A DNA stretch of 63,652 nucleotides, taken from the NCBI GenBank assembly GCA_900754285.1, contig CAAECB010000046.1:1-63652 (forward strand). The letters run 5' to 3'. Origin of the DNA: Clostridia bacterium. GTDB taxonomy: Bacteria > Bacillota > Clostridia > TANB77 > CAG-508. Shown in pieces: positions 45,257 through 55,417 of this stretch (positions are counted from its first letter, which is position 1; each line of letters opens with the position of its first letter). Made by a program: the position numbers and the translations under genes. The notes below the pieces were generated by a model. That model ran no database searches, was not told the DNA's origin, and saw only the letters and a list, made by a program, of their open reading frames with translations.

Positions 45257-47605
45257 ATGACAATAACAAAACGGATATTTAATTATTTTTTTGAAAATGT
45301 AAACAAAGCATCTTACACACTCATTTCAGAAGGAAAAGGAAAAGAAGAAATATATTATAGTAAATTCAAAAGTAAATTTTATATCATCATTAAAGATGAA
45401 GAGTTAGGAAGAAGCTGCTATAATATAATATCAGAGATGTATAAGAGAGCAAGCGAAATAAAAGGTCAATTCGAATATATCTGGAATTTTAAAATAAATA
45501 GATTTTTATCAGAAAACAAATCTGTTTATATGATTTCAGGAAAATGTGTAAATTATAAAAATGTTGTTGAATTTGAAAAAAATCAACACAAAGAATTGAC
45601 ATATAGTGAAAAAATAAAAAGAGCATTGCAGAGGTTTGACTTTACAATAGCTATGAATAAAAATGGCTATTATTTAAACAAACAAAGGTTAAACCCAGAA
45701 AAACTCAATACATTTTCTGGTTTTATTTCTTCTTTTGAAGTAAATGATTCACCATCTGAATCTGTTTTAGACAGCAATAACTTTAGCATTATAGAGCAAA
45801 TACATAATGAATTTTGCCCCCAAAAAGGAATAAAAGAGTTTTACAATGAATTAGCCAGAAAAGGGAAAGTCAATGATAATGCAGAACTTCCATATGGAAA
45901 AAATATTATGGAAATCTGTTACAATTACTATTACGAAGTAAGATTGAAGGTAGAATTCATCCATAAAAAATTAGTTATGGAAAAAGTAAAATATGAATTC
46001 GCATATAAAGTTTCAGATATTACAGTATATGAAAAAATATTTGAAGATGAATATGCAACACATTATAAAATTAAAGGAGAGGATTATTGCTTAAAAATTT
46101 ATAAAGAAAATGTAGACCTTAAGCAAATGGAAAAAAATTTAGACTGGATGTTAGCAATAAGAACAAAAATATTAAAAGAAATATTAAAACAAAAATGTTT
46201 TATACCATATAAAAAAGCATATTACAATTACAAATTTATAGGGTATATCTATCAATATGTTGATTTGTCAAAACAGAACATTATTGAAATAAGAGATAAA
46301 AAAATTGCAAATGTTCCAAAAGCAAAAATGCTTATAAGATTAATAAATCAAATGAGCGAAATAATAGACGGAGGAATATATTCATTTAGTCAGAATCCAT
46401 TTACAAAAGTTTTAATATTAAAATCTGAAAAAGACCAAGTACAAGTAGTAAACATAGATTTTTTAAGTGCACAAAAAAATAATGAAAAAAATCAAAAATA
46501 TATTTATAATTACTTAAAAGTAGTAATTGGTGAAGACAATAATCTTTCAAATTTAAACTTTAGTTTAACTGAAGAGCCAGCAGATTTGGATTGGGTAGAA
46601 AGGGAATTAGGCAAATTAAGTGTAGCATTAAAAAGCTACATAAAAACACATACCAAATTTTGCAAAGTACATAAAATGTACTATAATAACGATTTTATAG
46701 TATGTCCCAAATGCTTTCCAAATGAAAAAGATATAGAAAAAGAAGATTTGGAAGAAATTATACGAAATGTAAAAAGCATAGGAGAAGGAGGAGAAGCCGA
46801 AATTTATCCATACAGGAGAGAATATGTGATAAAGAAATTTAAAGAACAAGTAGACATAAACACAAAAGTAGTAATAATAGCAAAAGTACTAAGTAAAAAA
46901 AATATACTTGAAGCAGAAAATCAAAAAAATCTAAAATATCATTATATTATCCCAGAAAAGTTAGTAGTAGGAGAGAACAAACTTGGATATATTATGAAAA
47001 AGGTAGAAGGACAAGATATAATAGTCTTAAGGGATAGAAAGATTGTATACAAATATGGTTTTAAGCGGAAAGATATTCTTGAAATCTTAATAGCAATGGG
47101 AAAAGGTATAGAAACCTTACACTCAAAAGCAAACATCTTTATTGGTGATTTAAATGGAGGGAATGTTTTATTTGATAAAAATAAAAATGTATATTTCCTT
47201 GATTTTGATGGAATGGGAATAGATGATATAGTTCCAGATTATTTAACAAAATCATTTGTTGACCCAATCTCACAAAAAAACAACCAAATCAGTATGAAAG
47301 ATGATTGGTACTCATTTGCAATACAGGCTTTTTATTACTTAACAAATGTACATCCATTTAAAGGAAGATATCTTGTAGAAGGTATAAATATGGATATTAC
47401 TGAAAGAATGGAAAAAAGAATATCTATATTAGGAGACCACAATATTGAAATACCAACAATTGCAGAGCCTTGGAATTGGATGAACAATAACCTACAAGAT
47501 AAATTTTTATCAATTTTTGAAGGAAGTGATAGAGAAAGTATTGTTCCATTATTAATAGAACAGTATAAAATGTTATATCATATGGACTTTGACTTAAAAA
47601 ACTAA
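45257..47605 (+). CDS. Multidomain Ser/Thr-kinase-like protein: N-terminal region + degenerate kinase repeat + zinc ribbon + non-RD kinase domain
   Basis: Kinase domain: G-loop IGEGGEAE (G509), VIKK (K526), catalytic loop IGDLNGGN (D631, N636), LDFDG (D649) and DDWYSFAIQ..HPFKG. Zinc ribbon: CKVH-x11-CPKC (nt 46661-46714). Residues 258-402 repeat the kinase fold without the G-loop or catalytic Asp. Confidence 0.75.
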   Translation: MTITKRIFNYFFENVNKASYTLISEGKGKEEIYYSKFKSKFYIIIKDEELGRSCYNIISEMYKRASEIKGQFEYIWNFKINRFLSENKSVYMISGKCVNYKNVVEFEKNQHKELTYSEKIKRALQRFDFTIAMNKNGYYLNKQRLNPEKLNTFSGFISSFEVNDSPSESVLDSNNFSIIEQIHNEFCPQKGIKEFYNELARKGKVNDNAELPYGKNIMEICYNYYYEVRLKVEFIHKKLVMEKVKYEFAYKVSDITVYEKIFEDEYATHYKIKGEDYCLKIYKENVDLKQMEKNLDWMLAIRTKILKEILKQKCFIPYKKAYYNYKFIGYIYQYVDLSKQNIIEIRDKKIANVPKAKMLIRLINQMSEIIDGGIYSFSQNPFTKVLILKSEKDQVQVVNIDFLSAQKNNEKNQKYIYNYLKVVIGEDNNLSNLNFSLTEEPADLDWVERELGKLSVALKSYIKTHTKFCKVHKMYYNNDFIVCPKCFPNEKDIEKEDLEEIIRNVKSIGEGGEAEIYPYRREYVIKKFKEQVDINTKVVIIAKVLSKKNILEAENQKNLKYHYIIPEKLVVGENKLGYIMKKVEGQDIIVLRDRKIVYKYGFKRKDILEILIAMGKGIETLHSKANIFIGDLNGGNVLFDKNKNVYFLDFDGMGIDDIVPDYLTKSFVDPISQKNNQISMKDDWYSFAIQAFYYLTNVHPFKGRYLVEGINMDITERMEKRISILGDHNIEIPTIAEPWNWMNNNLQDKFLSIFEGSDRESIVPLLIEQYKMLYHMDFDLKN

Positions 47606-47649
47606 GTGTTAAACCCAGAAAATAATTTAGGATAAAAGATTCCACATCA

Positions 47650-47687
47650 AAAGAAACTCAGTTTATTAATATAAATTGAGTTTCTTT
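47650..47687. terminator. Hairpin between convergent genes (bidirectional terminator)
   Basis: AAAGAAACTCA-16 nt-TGAGTTTCTTT. Confidence 0.55.
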
Positions 47688-47722
47688 AAACATATAAATA
47701 AATTATCACAAAATAATTTTCC

Positions 47723-48097
47723 TCATGCTGATAATATAAAATTTTTATTAGCCATAAGCAAATTTTTAATTAATTCAATTTGTTTTTTAGACAAATGACT
47801 ATTACCATCAAGGCCAAATAAGTTTTTAGCCAATAAAGCAATATCTACATCAGTATTAGTATTAGCATCTTCACCATTTCTATCATCTGAAAGACCAAGT
47901 AAATAGTCAACAGACACATTAAAAGCAGAGGCAATTTTAGTTATTACATCTAAACGAGGAATTCTATCACCACTTAAATATCTAGAAATCGTTACATTAG
48001 AAATTCCGATTTTATTAGATAAATCAACTTGGCTCATATTAAAGTCTTCCATCAAAACAATTAAGCGATAACTAAATTTCTCCATATCAAAATCCAT
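47723..48097 (-). CDS. XRE-family HTH regulator
   Basis: MSQVDLSNKIGISNVTISRYLSGDRIP is an HTH_3 pattern. AGGAGG RBS 5 nt upstream of the ATG. Confidence 0.75.
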   Translation of the reverse strand: MDFDMEKFSYRLIVLMEDFNMSQVDLSNKIGISNVTISRYLSGDRIPRLDVITKIASAFNVSVDYLLGLSDDRNGEDANTNTDVDIALLAKNLFGLDGNSHLSKKQIELIKNLLMANKNFILSA

Positions 48098-48346
48098 GTC
48101 AACCTCCTATAACTAATATTATAGAACTATAACCGTACAGGTTAAAAATAAATTTCCAAAGTTATAAAAATACAAACGATTATTAACCAATAGGAAAATA
48201 TCAAAAAATAAGGTTAAAAACCAGTAAGTAGATATGATAAAAACTTAGACATAATAATGCAATACATAAAAAATGGAAAAATATAATATACCAAATATTT
48301 AGTAAGTTATATAAAGGATGTTTTTGATATTAGGAAAGTGGAATCA

Positions 48347-49147
48347 TCATTTTAAATCAGTTATAAAATCATAAAAATTATGAAATTCATAACCTTGGCT
48401 TCTCAAAAAATAAATAGAATCTTTTAAAATAGAAGCGGTATCATTTACATCACCAGAATCATGCATTAAAATAACCAGAGTACCTTTATTTTTAGATGTT
48501 TTTTTCAAATTGTTCAATAATTGATAGCTAGAGGTTTTAACTTCAGAATCTTTATTCAAACAATTCCAATCAACATAAGCATAATTCAAATAATTTAATA
48601 AAGAAAGTGCTTGCTTTTTATTAGATTTGTAAGCTTTAGCCATATAACCATTAGGAAAACGAAAAACATGTGAACAGTAATTTTCTATGCCAAGGACATT
48701 ACCAATTTCTTTATCAGTAGACAAAATCTCATTCTTAAAACTTTCATTACTTTGATAGAATTTTTCGTTATTGTGGTCATAGCCATGATTAGCAATAAAA
48801 TGACCTTCATCATATTCACGTTTAATTAAATCTGGATTTTCTTTTACATATTTACCAACAACAAAAAATGTAGCTTTTACATTTTCTTCTTTTAAAATAT
48901 CAAGAACTTCAGGAGTGCATTTTTTTCTAGGACCATCATCAAATGTCAAATAAGCAATTTTATCAGTATTATTTGAAAGATTGTTAAATGTATTTTGTAA
49001 GTTTTCACTTATAGCAGAATTAGAGTTTAATGAAACAGCTAAAATAGGAGAGTCATGAATAGAAAAAGAGAATAAAATTAAAAGAATTAAGCATAAAATA
49101 CAAAAAAAGAATAATAAAAATCTCTTTCTAAAAATAAAAATATGCAT
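48347..49147 (-). CDS. Polysaccharide deacetylase (CE4, NodB homology)
   Basis: Signal anchor, LTFDDGP, HGYDH and LMHD motifs. Confidence 0.85.
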   Translation of the reverse strand: MHIFIFRKRFLLFFFCILCLILLILFSFSIHDSPILAVSLNSNSAISENLQNTFNNLSNNTDKIAYLTFDDGPRKKCTPEVLDILKEENVKATFFVVGKYVKENPDLIKREYDEGHFIANHGYDHNNEKFYQSNESFKNEILSTDKEIGNVLGIENYCSHVFRFPNGYMAKAYKSNKKQALSLLNYLNYAYVDWNCLNKDSEVKTSSYQLLNNLKKTSKNKGTLVILMHDSGDVNDTASILKDSIYFLRSQGYEFHNFYDFITDLK

Positions 49148-49221
49148 AAAAATCCCCCCATATAATTTATATGAAGGGATTGAATTTAATATGCATTTAG
49201 TAACTAAAATTTTTAATCAGA

Positions 49222-49920
49222 TTAGTAAGAATAAGAAAGAAAAGGTAATGCTTGTTCTTGAGTTATATATCCATATTCTTGCATTTTTTTAATAACATGT
49301 GCTTGTCTTTTTTTGGCTAAAGTTAAATTAACATTAGGAGAATAAAGAGAAGGAGCATTAGGAACACCAGCTAACATAGAAGATTCATCTAAATTTAAAT
49401 CCTTTGGGTCTTTATCATAATATCCATGGCTAGCATCATAAATTCCATAAAAGCCATCTCCAAAATATGCTGTATTAACATATATTTCAAAAATTTGATT
49501 TTTAGTATAATTCTTTTCTAAATCATAAGCAGCAAAGATCTCACCAAGTTTGCGAGTCCAAGATTGCTCTTGGCTAAAGACAATATTTTTAGCAACTTGT
49601 TGAGTTATAGTACTACCACCTTCTTGCAATTCTTTAGTTTTTAAGTTTATATAAAAAGCACGGCAGATAGCAATAAAATCAACAGGACCATGGTCATAAA
49701 ATCTGTGATCCTCAACAGCCACAACAGCATTTCTATATATATCAGACATTTTACTAAATTTAACAAAATTTTCTTTAGAAGTAACTTCTGTAACTCTATC
49801 TACTAAAGGCTTTTGTTTTAGTGCACTTGCATAAGTACTATATCCAATTATAAATAATATAGAAATAAGTACAATTATTAATATTAATAGTGTTAATATT
49901 AGTTTTTTAAAAAATTTCAT
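49222..49920 (-). CDS. Monofunctional peptidoglycan glycosyltransferase (GT51)
   Basis: TM anchor, AVVAVEDHRFYDH, GGSTITQQVAKN and RKLGE motifs, with no transpeptidase domain. Confidence 0.85.
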   Translation of the reverse strand: MKFFKKLILTLLILIIVLISILFIIGYSTYASALKQKPLVDRVTEVTSKENFVKFSKMSDIYRNAVVAVEDHRFYDHGPVDFIAICRAFYINLKTKELQEGGSTITQQVAKNIVFSQEQSWTRKLGEIFAAYDLEKNYTKNQIFEIYVNTAYFGDGFYGIYDASHGYYDKDPKDLNLDESSMLAGVPNAPSLYSPNVNLTLAKKRQAHVIKKMQEYGYITQEQALPFLSYSY

Positions 49921-50149
49921 ATTTATATCTTCCTTTTATTTGACAAATAATAAAAAAATAAGGTTGCAAGAGCACATCTGCTTATTCTCATTTCCTATGT
50001 AAAATACTATACTATATTTTGAAATAAAAAACAAGTGAACATGGAAAAAAATACAATATCCATTGAATTTTTTTAATATATATAGTAGAATATGGGTATA
50101 ACAAAAGAGAGGAGAATAATAAAGCCTTAAGGAAAGGAAGATAACCAAA

Positions 50150-51460
50150 ATGCAAATAGTAATACTAATACTATTAATATTAGTAAATGCATATTTTGCA
50201 GCAAGTGAAATAGCATTTATCTCGTTAAATGATGCCAAAATACAAAAGATAGCAAAAGAGGGAAACAAAAAAGCGCAGCAAATAGAAAAGATGCTAAAAA
50301 ATCCAAGTAAATTTTTAGCAACAATACAAATAGGAATAACATTAGCAGGATTTTTATCAAGTGCATTTGCATCAGATGCATTTGCAAGTGAATTAGCACC
50401 AATATTAAATAGCGCAATGCCAGTATTAAGTGTAGAAGTATGGAACACAATATCAATAATATTAATAACAATAATATTATCATTTTTCACACTAGTATTT
50501 GGAGAATTAGTACCAAAAAGACTGGCAATGAAAAATTATGAAAAAATAGCATTTGCAACAATAGTATTTATAAAAGGACTATCAGTAATAGCATCACCAT
50601 TTGTAAAGTTTTTAACAACAGTAACAAATGGAGTATCAAAATTATTTGGAGTAGGAGAAAGTGATGAAGAAATAGTAACAGAAGAAGAAATAAAAATGAT
50701 GATAGACCAAGGCAAAGAAAAAGGTGTAATAGAAGAAGAAGAAAAGGAATTATTAAATAATGTATTTGAATTTGGGGATATAACAGTCTCAGAAATAATG
50801 ACACATAGAAAAGATATATTTGCAGTAGATATACACACAAGTGCAGAAGAGCTATTACAAGAAATATCAGATGAAGATTATAAATATAGTAGAATACCAG
50901 TTTATGATGAAACAATAGATGATATAAAAGGAATATTATATGTAAAAGATATTCTAAAAAATATGAACAAAAAAACATTTAAAATTAAAAATATTATGCA
51001 TGATGCGTATTTTGTACCACAAACAAAAATGATAGATGATTTGTTTAAAGAGTTGCAAAAAAATAAAATGCAAATGGCAATAATTCTTGATGAATATGCA
51101 GGAACTGCAGGATTAATAACAATGGAAGATATTTTAGAAGAATTAGTTGGAGAAATATATGATGAATATGATAATGAAGAATCTGAATATGAAAAAATAG
51201 ATGAAAACACATATATTTTATCAGGAAGTATGCCAGTATATGATGTAAACAAATTATTAAATGCAAAAATTCCAGAAGGTGATTATGATACATTATCAGG
51301 TTTTTTACAAGATGAATTAGACAGAATTCCAGAAGAAGAGGAAAATCCAATAATAGAAACAGAAGAAATAACATATAAAATAGAAGAATATGAAGATAAA
51401 AGAATATTAAAAGTAAAAGCATGTAAAAATAATCATAATCAAAATGAGGAGGAAAAATAA
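50150..51460 (+). CDS. CNNM/TlyC-family transporter-associated protein (DUF21 + CBS pair + CorC_HlyC)
   Basis: DUF21 TM region (NAYFAASEIAFISL), a tandem CBS pair, and a C-terminal CorC domain (GTAGLITMEDILEELVGEI). Confidence 0.85.
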   Translation: MQIVILILLILVNAYFAASEIAFISLNDAKIQKIAKEGNKKAQQIEKMLKNPSKFLATIQIGITLAGFLSSAFASDAFASELAPILNSAMPVLSVEVWNTISIILITIILSFFTLVFGELVPKRLAMKNYEKIAFATIVFIKGLSVIASPFVKFLTTVTNGVSKLFGVGESDEEIVTEEEIKMMIDQGKEKGVIEEEEKELLNNVFEFGDITVSEIMTHRKDIFAVDIHTSAEELLQEISDEDYKYSRIPVYDETIDDIKGILYVKDILKNMNKKTFKIKNIMHDAYFVPQTKMIDDLFKELQKNKMQMAIILDEYAGTAGLITMEDILEELVGEIYDEYDNEESEYEKIDENTYILSGSMPVYDVNKLLNAKIPEGDYDTLSGFLQDELDRIPEEEENPIIETEEITYKIEEYEDKRILKVKACKNNHNQNEEEK

Positions 51461-53200
51461 ATGAAGAAAAAAGTTATAGCAATTATATTAATTATTATAG
51501 CAATATTAGGATTAGTAGTTTATAATGTGCAAAAAGGAGTCAAAGAAAAAGGAAGAGATTATACAATAGAAGATGTAAAAGAGTACAAATATTTTGAATC
51601 AAAAGCAAAAGATGAGCAAAAATTTGGAATTATAGATAGAACAGGAAAACAAATAATACCAGAAAATTATGATGATGTAAGAATAGCAAATCCAGAAAAA
51701 GCAGTATTTGTATGTGTACAAGGAGAAAAAACAACAGTAAGAAATGAGGAAAATAAAGAACTATTTGCAGAATATGAAAGTATAGACACATTACGTCTAA
51801 AAAATGTATCAACAGACTTAGTATACGAAAAATCAATATTAAAATATCAAAAAGACGGAAAATATGGACTAATAAATCTTGATGGTAAAAAAATAACTGA
51901 TGCAATATATGAAGAAATCGATACATTGCAATACAAAGAAGGAGAATTATTAGTAAAAAAAGAGGGCAAATATGGAGTAATCAATAAAAATGGAAATGTG
52001 TTAGTAGAAGCTAAATATGACAAAATAAGTGCAGATACTTTTTTTGAAGATGACAATCATTATCGTTATGATGGATATATTGTAGCAGATAAAACTGATG
52101 AAGGATATAGATATGGATATGTTTCATATAATGCAAAAATAGCCACAGAATTAAAATATAATTCAGTAGAAAGAATAACAGATTTAGGAAATCGTGATGA
52201 AGCATATTTATTAGTAGCTGAAAATGGAAGATATGGAATATTAAAAAATGAAAAACAAGTAGTACAAAATGATTATCAATCAATATCATATGACAATTCT
52301 AACAAAATATTTGTAGTGCAAAAAGGCAAAAAATATGGAGTTGTAAGTATAGAAGGAAAAGAAACTTTATCATGTGATTTTACACAAATAGATATACAAG
52401 GAAAATATTTGTATGCAGAAAAAGAAGATGGAACAACAGAAGTATATAGTGCAGAAGGAAAAAAAATGGATATAGATGTAAATTCAATTGTTCTTGATAT
52501 ACCAAATAAAGATGGATATACTATTAATATAGATACAGAAAATAATGAAACAATATATAAAATTTGCAAACAAGGAAATCCTGTAAGTACAGAAAAATAT
52601 AAATATATTTCATATTTAACAAATGATTTGTTTATAGCTTCTAGAAAAGACGAAAAATTAGGAATTATTGATTTAACTGAAACACCTAAAACAGAATTTA
52701 ATTATACATCAATACAAGTAATAGCAGATACAGAATTGATACAATTATCAAATTCAACAGATAATACGGTAGAGATAATGAATAATAAAGCAGAATCAAT
52801 ATTAGAAATGAAAAACGCAACAGTTGTAAAAGAAGGATTATATGTAAAAATAACTAATGAATCAAATAAAAAATACATTACTTTAGAAGGCAAAGAAGTT
52901 GCAAGTGAGGAAGTTTTGTCATCAAATGAGTTATTTGCAAGTGTTAAAAATGGAAAATGGGGATTTGTAGATAAATCTGGAAATGTTAAAGTAGATTATC
53001 AATATGATAGAGTTACAGAATTTAATGAATATGGTTTTGCAGGATTTTTAAAAGATAAAAAATGGGGTGTTCTAAATAAAGATGGTTCAGTTTTAGTTGA
53101 ACCAACATATGATTTAGGAGTACAAGCTCAACCTAGCTTTATAGCTAACTACTATATGATTGATAATGGCTCTGGACAAATATATTATTCTAAAGATTAA
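51461..53200 (+). CDS. WG-repeat (KWG) containing protein
   Basis: Signal anchor and many repeats of the type KYGLINLDGKKITDAIYEEI / KWGFVDKSGNVKVDYQYDRV. Confidence 0.8.
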   Translation: MKKKVIAIILIIIAILGLVVYNVQKGVKEKGRDYTIEDVKEYKYFESKAKDEQKFGIIDRTGKQIIPENYDDVRIANPEKAVFVCVQGEKTTVRNEENKELFAEYESIDTLRLKNVSTDLVYEKSILKYQKDGKYGLINLDGKKITDAIYEEIDTLQYKEGELLVKKEGKYGVINKNGNVLVEAKYDKISADTFFEDDNHYRYDGYIVADKTDEGYRYGYVSYNAKIATELKYNSVERITDLGNRDEAYLLVAENGRYGILKNEKQVVQNDYQSISYDNSNKIFVVQKGKKYGVVSIEGKETLSCDFTQIDIQGKYLYAEKEDGTTEVYSAEGKKMDIDVNSIVLDIPNKDGYTINIDTENNETIYKICKQGNPVSTEKYKYISYLTNDLFIASRKDEKLGIIDLTETPKTEFNYTSIQVIADTELIQLSNSTDNTVEIMNNKAESILEMKNATVVKEGLYVKITNESNKKYITLEGKEVASEEVLSSNELFASVKNGKWGFVDKSGNVKVDYQYDRVTEFNEYGFAGFLKDKKWGVLNKDGSVLVEPTYDLGVQAQPSFIANYYMIDNGSGQIYYSKD

Positions 53201-53252
53201 AAATCACGGAATGAAAATAATAAAAAATGATTGATTATATTATTAAAAGAGG

Positions 53253-53282
53253 TAAATACTATAAAAAGTATTTATCTTTTTT
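53253..53282 (+). terminator. Rho-independent terminator
   Basis: TAAATACT-6 nt-AGTATTTA followed by TCTTTTTT. Confidence 0.6.
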
Positions 53283-53391
53283 AGTTAGTTGGCATAAAAT
53301 ATAAAAAATGAAATATAGAGAAAGTCTTAGATTTTGTTGTAAAGCTTATATAATTTATAAATCTATTATGTGAGAAAGGATGTGATAGGAA

Positions 53392-54234
53392 ATGAAACTA
53401 GGTGTAGCATTATCAGGAGGAGGAATAAGAGGAGTTGCACATGCAGGAGCATTAAAAGCATTTGAGGAAAATGGAATAAAAATAGATACAATAGGGGGAA
53501 CAAGTTCAGGAAGTTTAGTAGCAGTATTATATGCAATGGGATACACACCATATTATATATATATGTTATTTAAAAGATACGCACAAGAACTTGTGGCTAT
53601 AGAGACAACACCAATAATAAATACGGTAAGTAGTTTTATAACAAACAAAAAATTTCAGATATATGGATTTAATTCTGGAGAAGCAATAGAAAAAGCATAT
53701 AATGAAATAGCACTAAGAAAAGGAATAAGGTATATGAGTGATATAAAAATGCCAATAGTAATACCAGCAGTTGATGTAAAAACATCAAAAGAATATGTAT
53801 TTACAAATAAGAGAAACAAATCAAAGTATATCTCAGATATTCCAGTTGGAACAGCAGTAAGAGCAAGTAGTAGTTTCCCAGGAGTATTTTGTCCATGTGT
53901 GTATAAAGAATTTAGGTTTTTAGATGGTGGAATATTAGATAATATACCGGTAAATGAAGTAAAAAAACTAGGAGCAGATAAAGTAATAGCAATAAATTTT
54001 AAGGCAGATGATATTGATGAAACAAGTAATTTTATGGACATATCTATGAGGATTTTAGATATTATGGGAAATAAAATATCAGAGGAAAGTTTGCAAAATA
54101 GTGATTTTATTTTAACTATACAGACAGACAAAACAGGTCTTTTGGATATTAACCAAATAGATAGTTGCTATAAATATGGATATAAAAGTGCATTAAAAAA
54201 CTTATCAAAAATAAAGTCTATTCTAAAAAGTTAA
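53392..54234 (+). CDS. Patatin-like phospholipase
   Basis: GGGIRG oxyanion motif, GTSSGS nucleophile elbow and LDGG (catalytic Asp). Confidence 0.85.
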   Translation: MKLGVALSGGGIRGVAHAGALKAFEENGIKIDTIGGTSSGSLVAVLYAMGYTPYYIYMLFKRYAQELVAIETTPIINTVSSFITNKKFQIYGFNSGEAIEKAYNEIALRKGIRYMSDIKMPIVIPAVDVKTSKEYVFTNKRNKSKYISDIPVGTAVRASSSFPGVFCPCVYKEFRFLDGGILDNIPVNEVKKLGADKVIAINFKADDIDETSNFMDISMRILDIMGNKISEESLQNSDFILTIQTDKTGLLDINQIDSCYKYGYKSALKNLSKIKSILKS

Positions 54235-54277
54235 GCATATAATAAAAATGAATACAGAAGAAAGGAATGGATTTTTA

Positions 54278-55417
54278 ATGAATATAAGATATTTTGATAA
54301 TGCAGCTACAACAAGAATAAAAGAAGAAGTATTAGAAGAAATGTTTCCATATTTAAGTTTAGAATATGGAAATCCATCATCAATATATGGATTAGGAAGA
54401 AGGTCAAAAAAAGCGATAGAAACAGCTAGAGGAAGAGTAGCAAGTTTACTAAATTGCAAACCAAGTGAAATAACATTTACAAGTTGTGGTTCGGAAAGTG
54501 ACAATATGGCATTAAAAGGAATGGCAGTGCTACAAAAAAGTAAAGGAACTGGAAAGAATCATATAATAACATCAAAAATAGAACATCCAGCAATTTTAAA
54601 TAGTTGTCATACATTAGAAAAATTAGGATTCAAAATAACATACCTTGATGTAGACAAAGAAGGATTTGTAAATTTAGACACTTTAATAAATAGTATAACA
54701 GATAAAACATTTTTAATAAGTGTAATGTATGCAAACAATGAAATAGGAACAATACAACCAATCAGTAAAATAGCAAAGATAGCAAAAGCACATAACATAA
54801 TTTTTCATACAGATGCGGTTCAAGCCGTAGGAAATGTGCCAATAGATGTAAAAAGATTAGGGGTAGATATGCTATCATTATCAGGACATAAGTTATATGC
54901 ACCAAAAGGAATAGGAGCAATATATATAAAAGAAGGCCTAGAAATAGAAAGATTTTTAGATGGAGGACATCAAGAAAAAAATAGAAGATCAGGAACAGAA
55001 AATGTTGCAGAAATTGTAGGATTAGGAAAAGCATGTAATATAGCACAATATGATATGAGTTCATATATAAATAAACTAAAATATTTTAGGGATTATTTTA
55101 TAAATCAAATAAGGCAAAAATTTCCAAATTGTCATATAAATGGAAGCCTAGAACAACGACTACCAGGAAATTGTAATTTGTGTTTTGAAAATATTAATTC
55201 TAGCGAACTACTTCTAAAGCTAGACGCTGTAGGTATATGTGCATCAGGAGGATCAGCATGTTCATCTGGCGATACGGCACCATCTCATGTTTTATCAGCT
55301 ATAGGTGTGCCTAATTACTTGGCTAGAGGAGCACTAAGAATTACATTTGGCGATTTTAATACTTTTGAAGATGTTGAGTTTTTAATAAAAAGTCTGGAAG
55401 AAATTTTGAAAAGTTAA
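54278..55417 (+). CDS. Cysteine desulfurase (NifS/IscS class V aminotransferase)
   Basis: YFDNAATT, HTDAVQA, SGHKLYAPKGIGA (PLP Lys) and SGGSACSS (catalytic Cys). ATG 54278 gives the usual N-terminus. Confidence 0.9.
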   Translation: MNIRYFDNAATTRIKEEVLEEMFPYLSLEYGNPSSIYGLGRRSKKAIETARGRVASLLNCKPSEITFTSCGSESDNMALKGMAVLQKSKGTGKNHIITSKIEHPAILNSCHTLEKLGFKITYLDVDKEGFVNLDTLINSITDKTFLISVMYANNEIGTIQPISKIAKIAKAHNIIFHTDAVQAVGNVPIDVKRLGVDMLSLSGHKLYAPKGIGAIYIKEGLEIERFLDGGHQEKNRRSGTENVAEIVGLGKACNIAQYDMSSYINKLKYFRDYFINQIRQKFPNCHINGSLEQRLPGNCNLCFENINSSELLLKLDAVGICASGGSACSSGDTAPSHVLSAIGVPNYLARGALRITFGDFNTFEDVEFLIKSLEEILKS

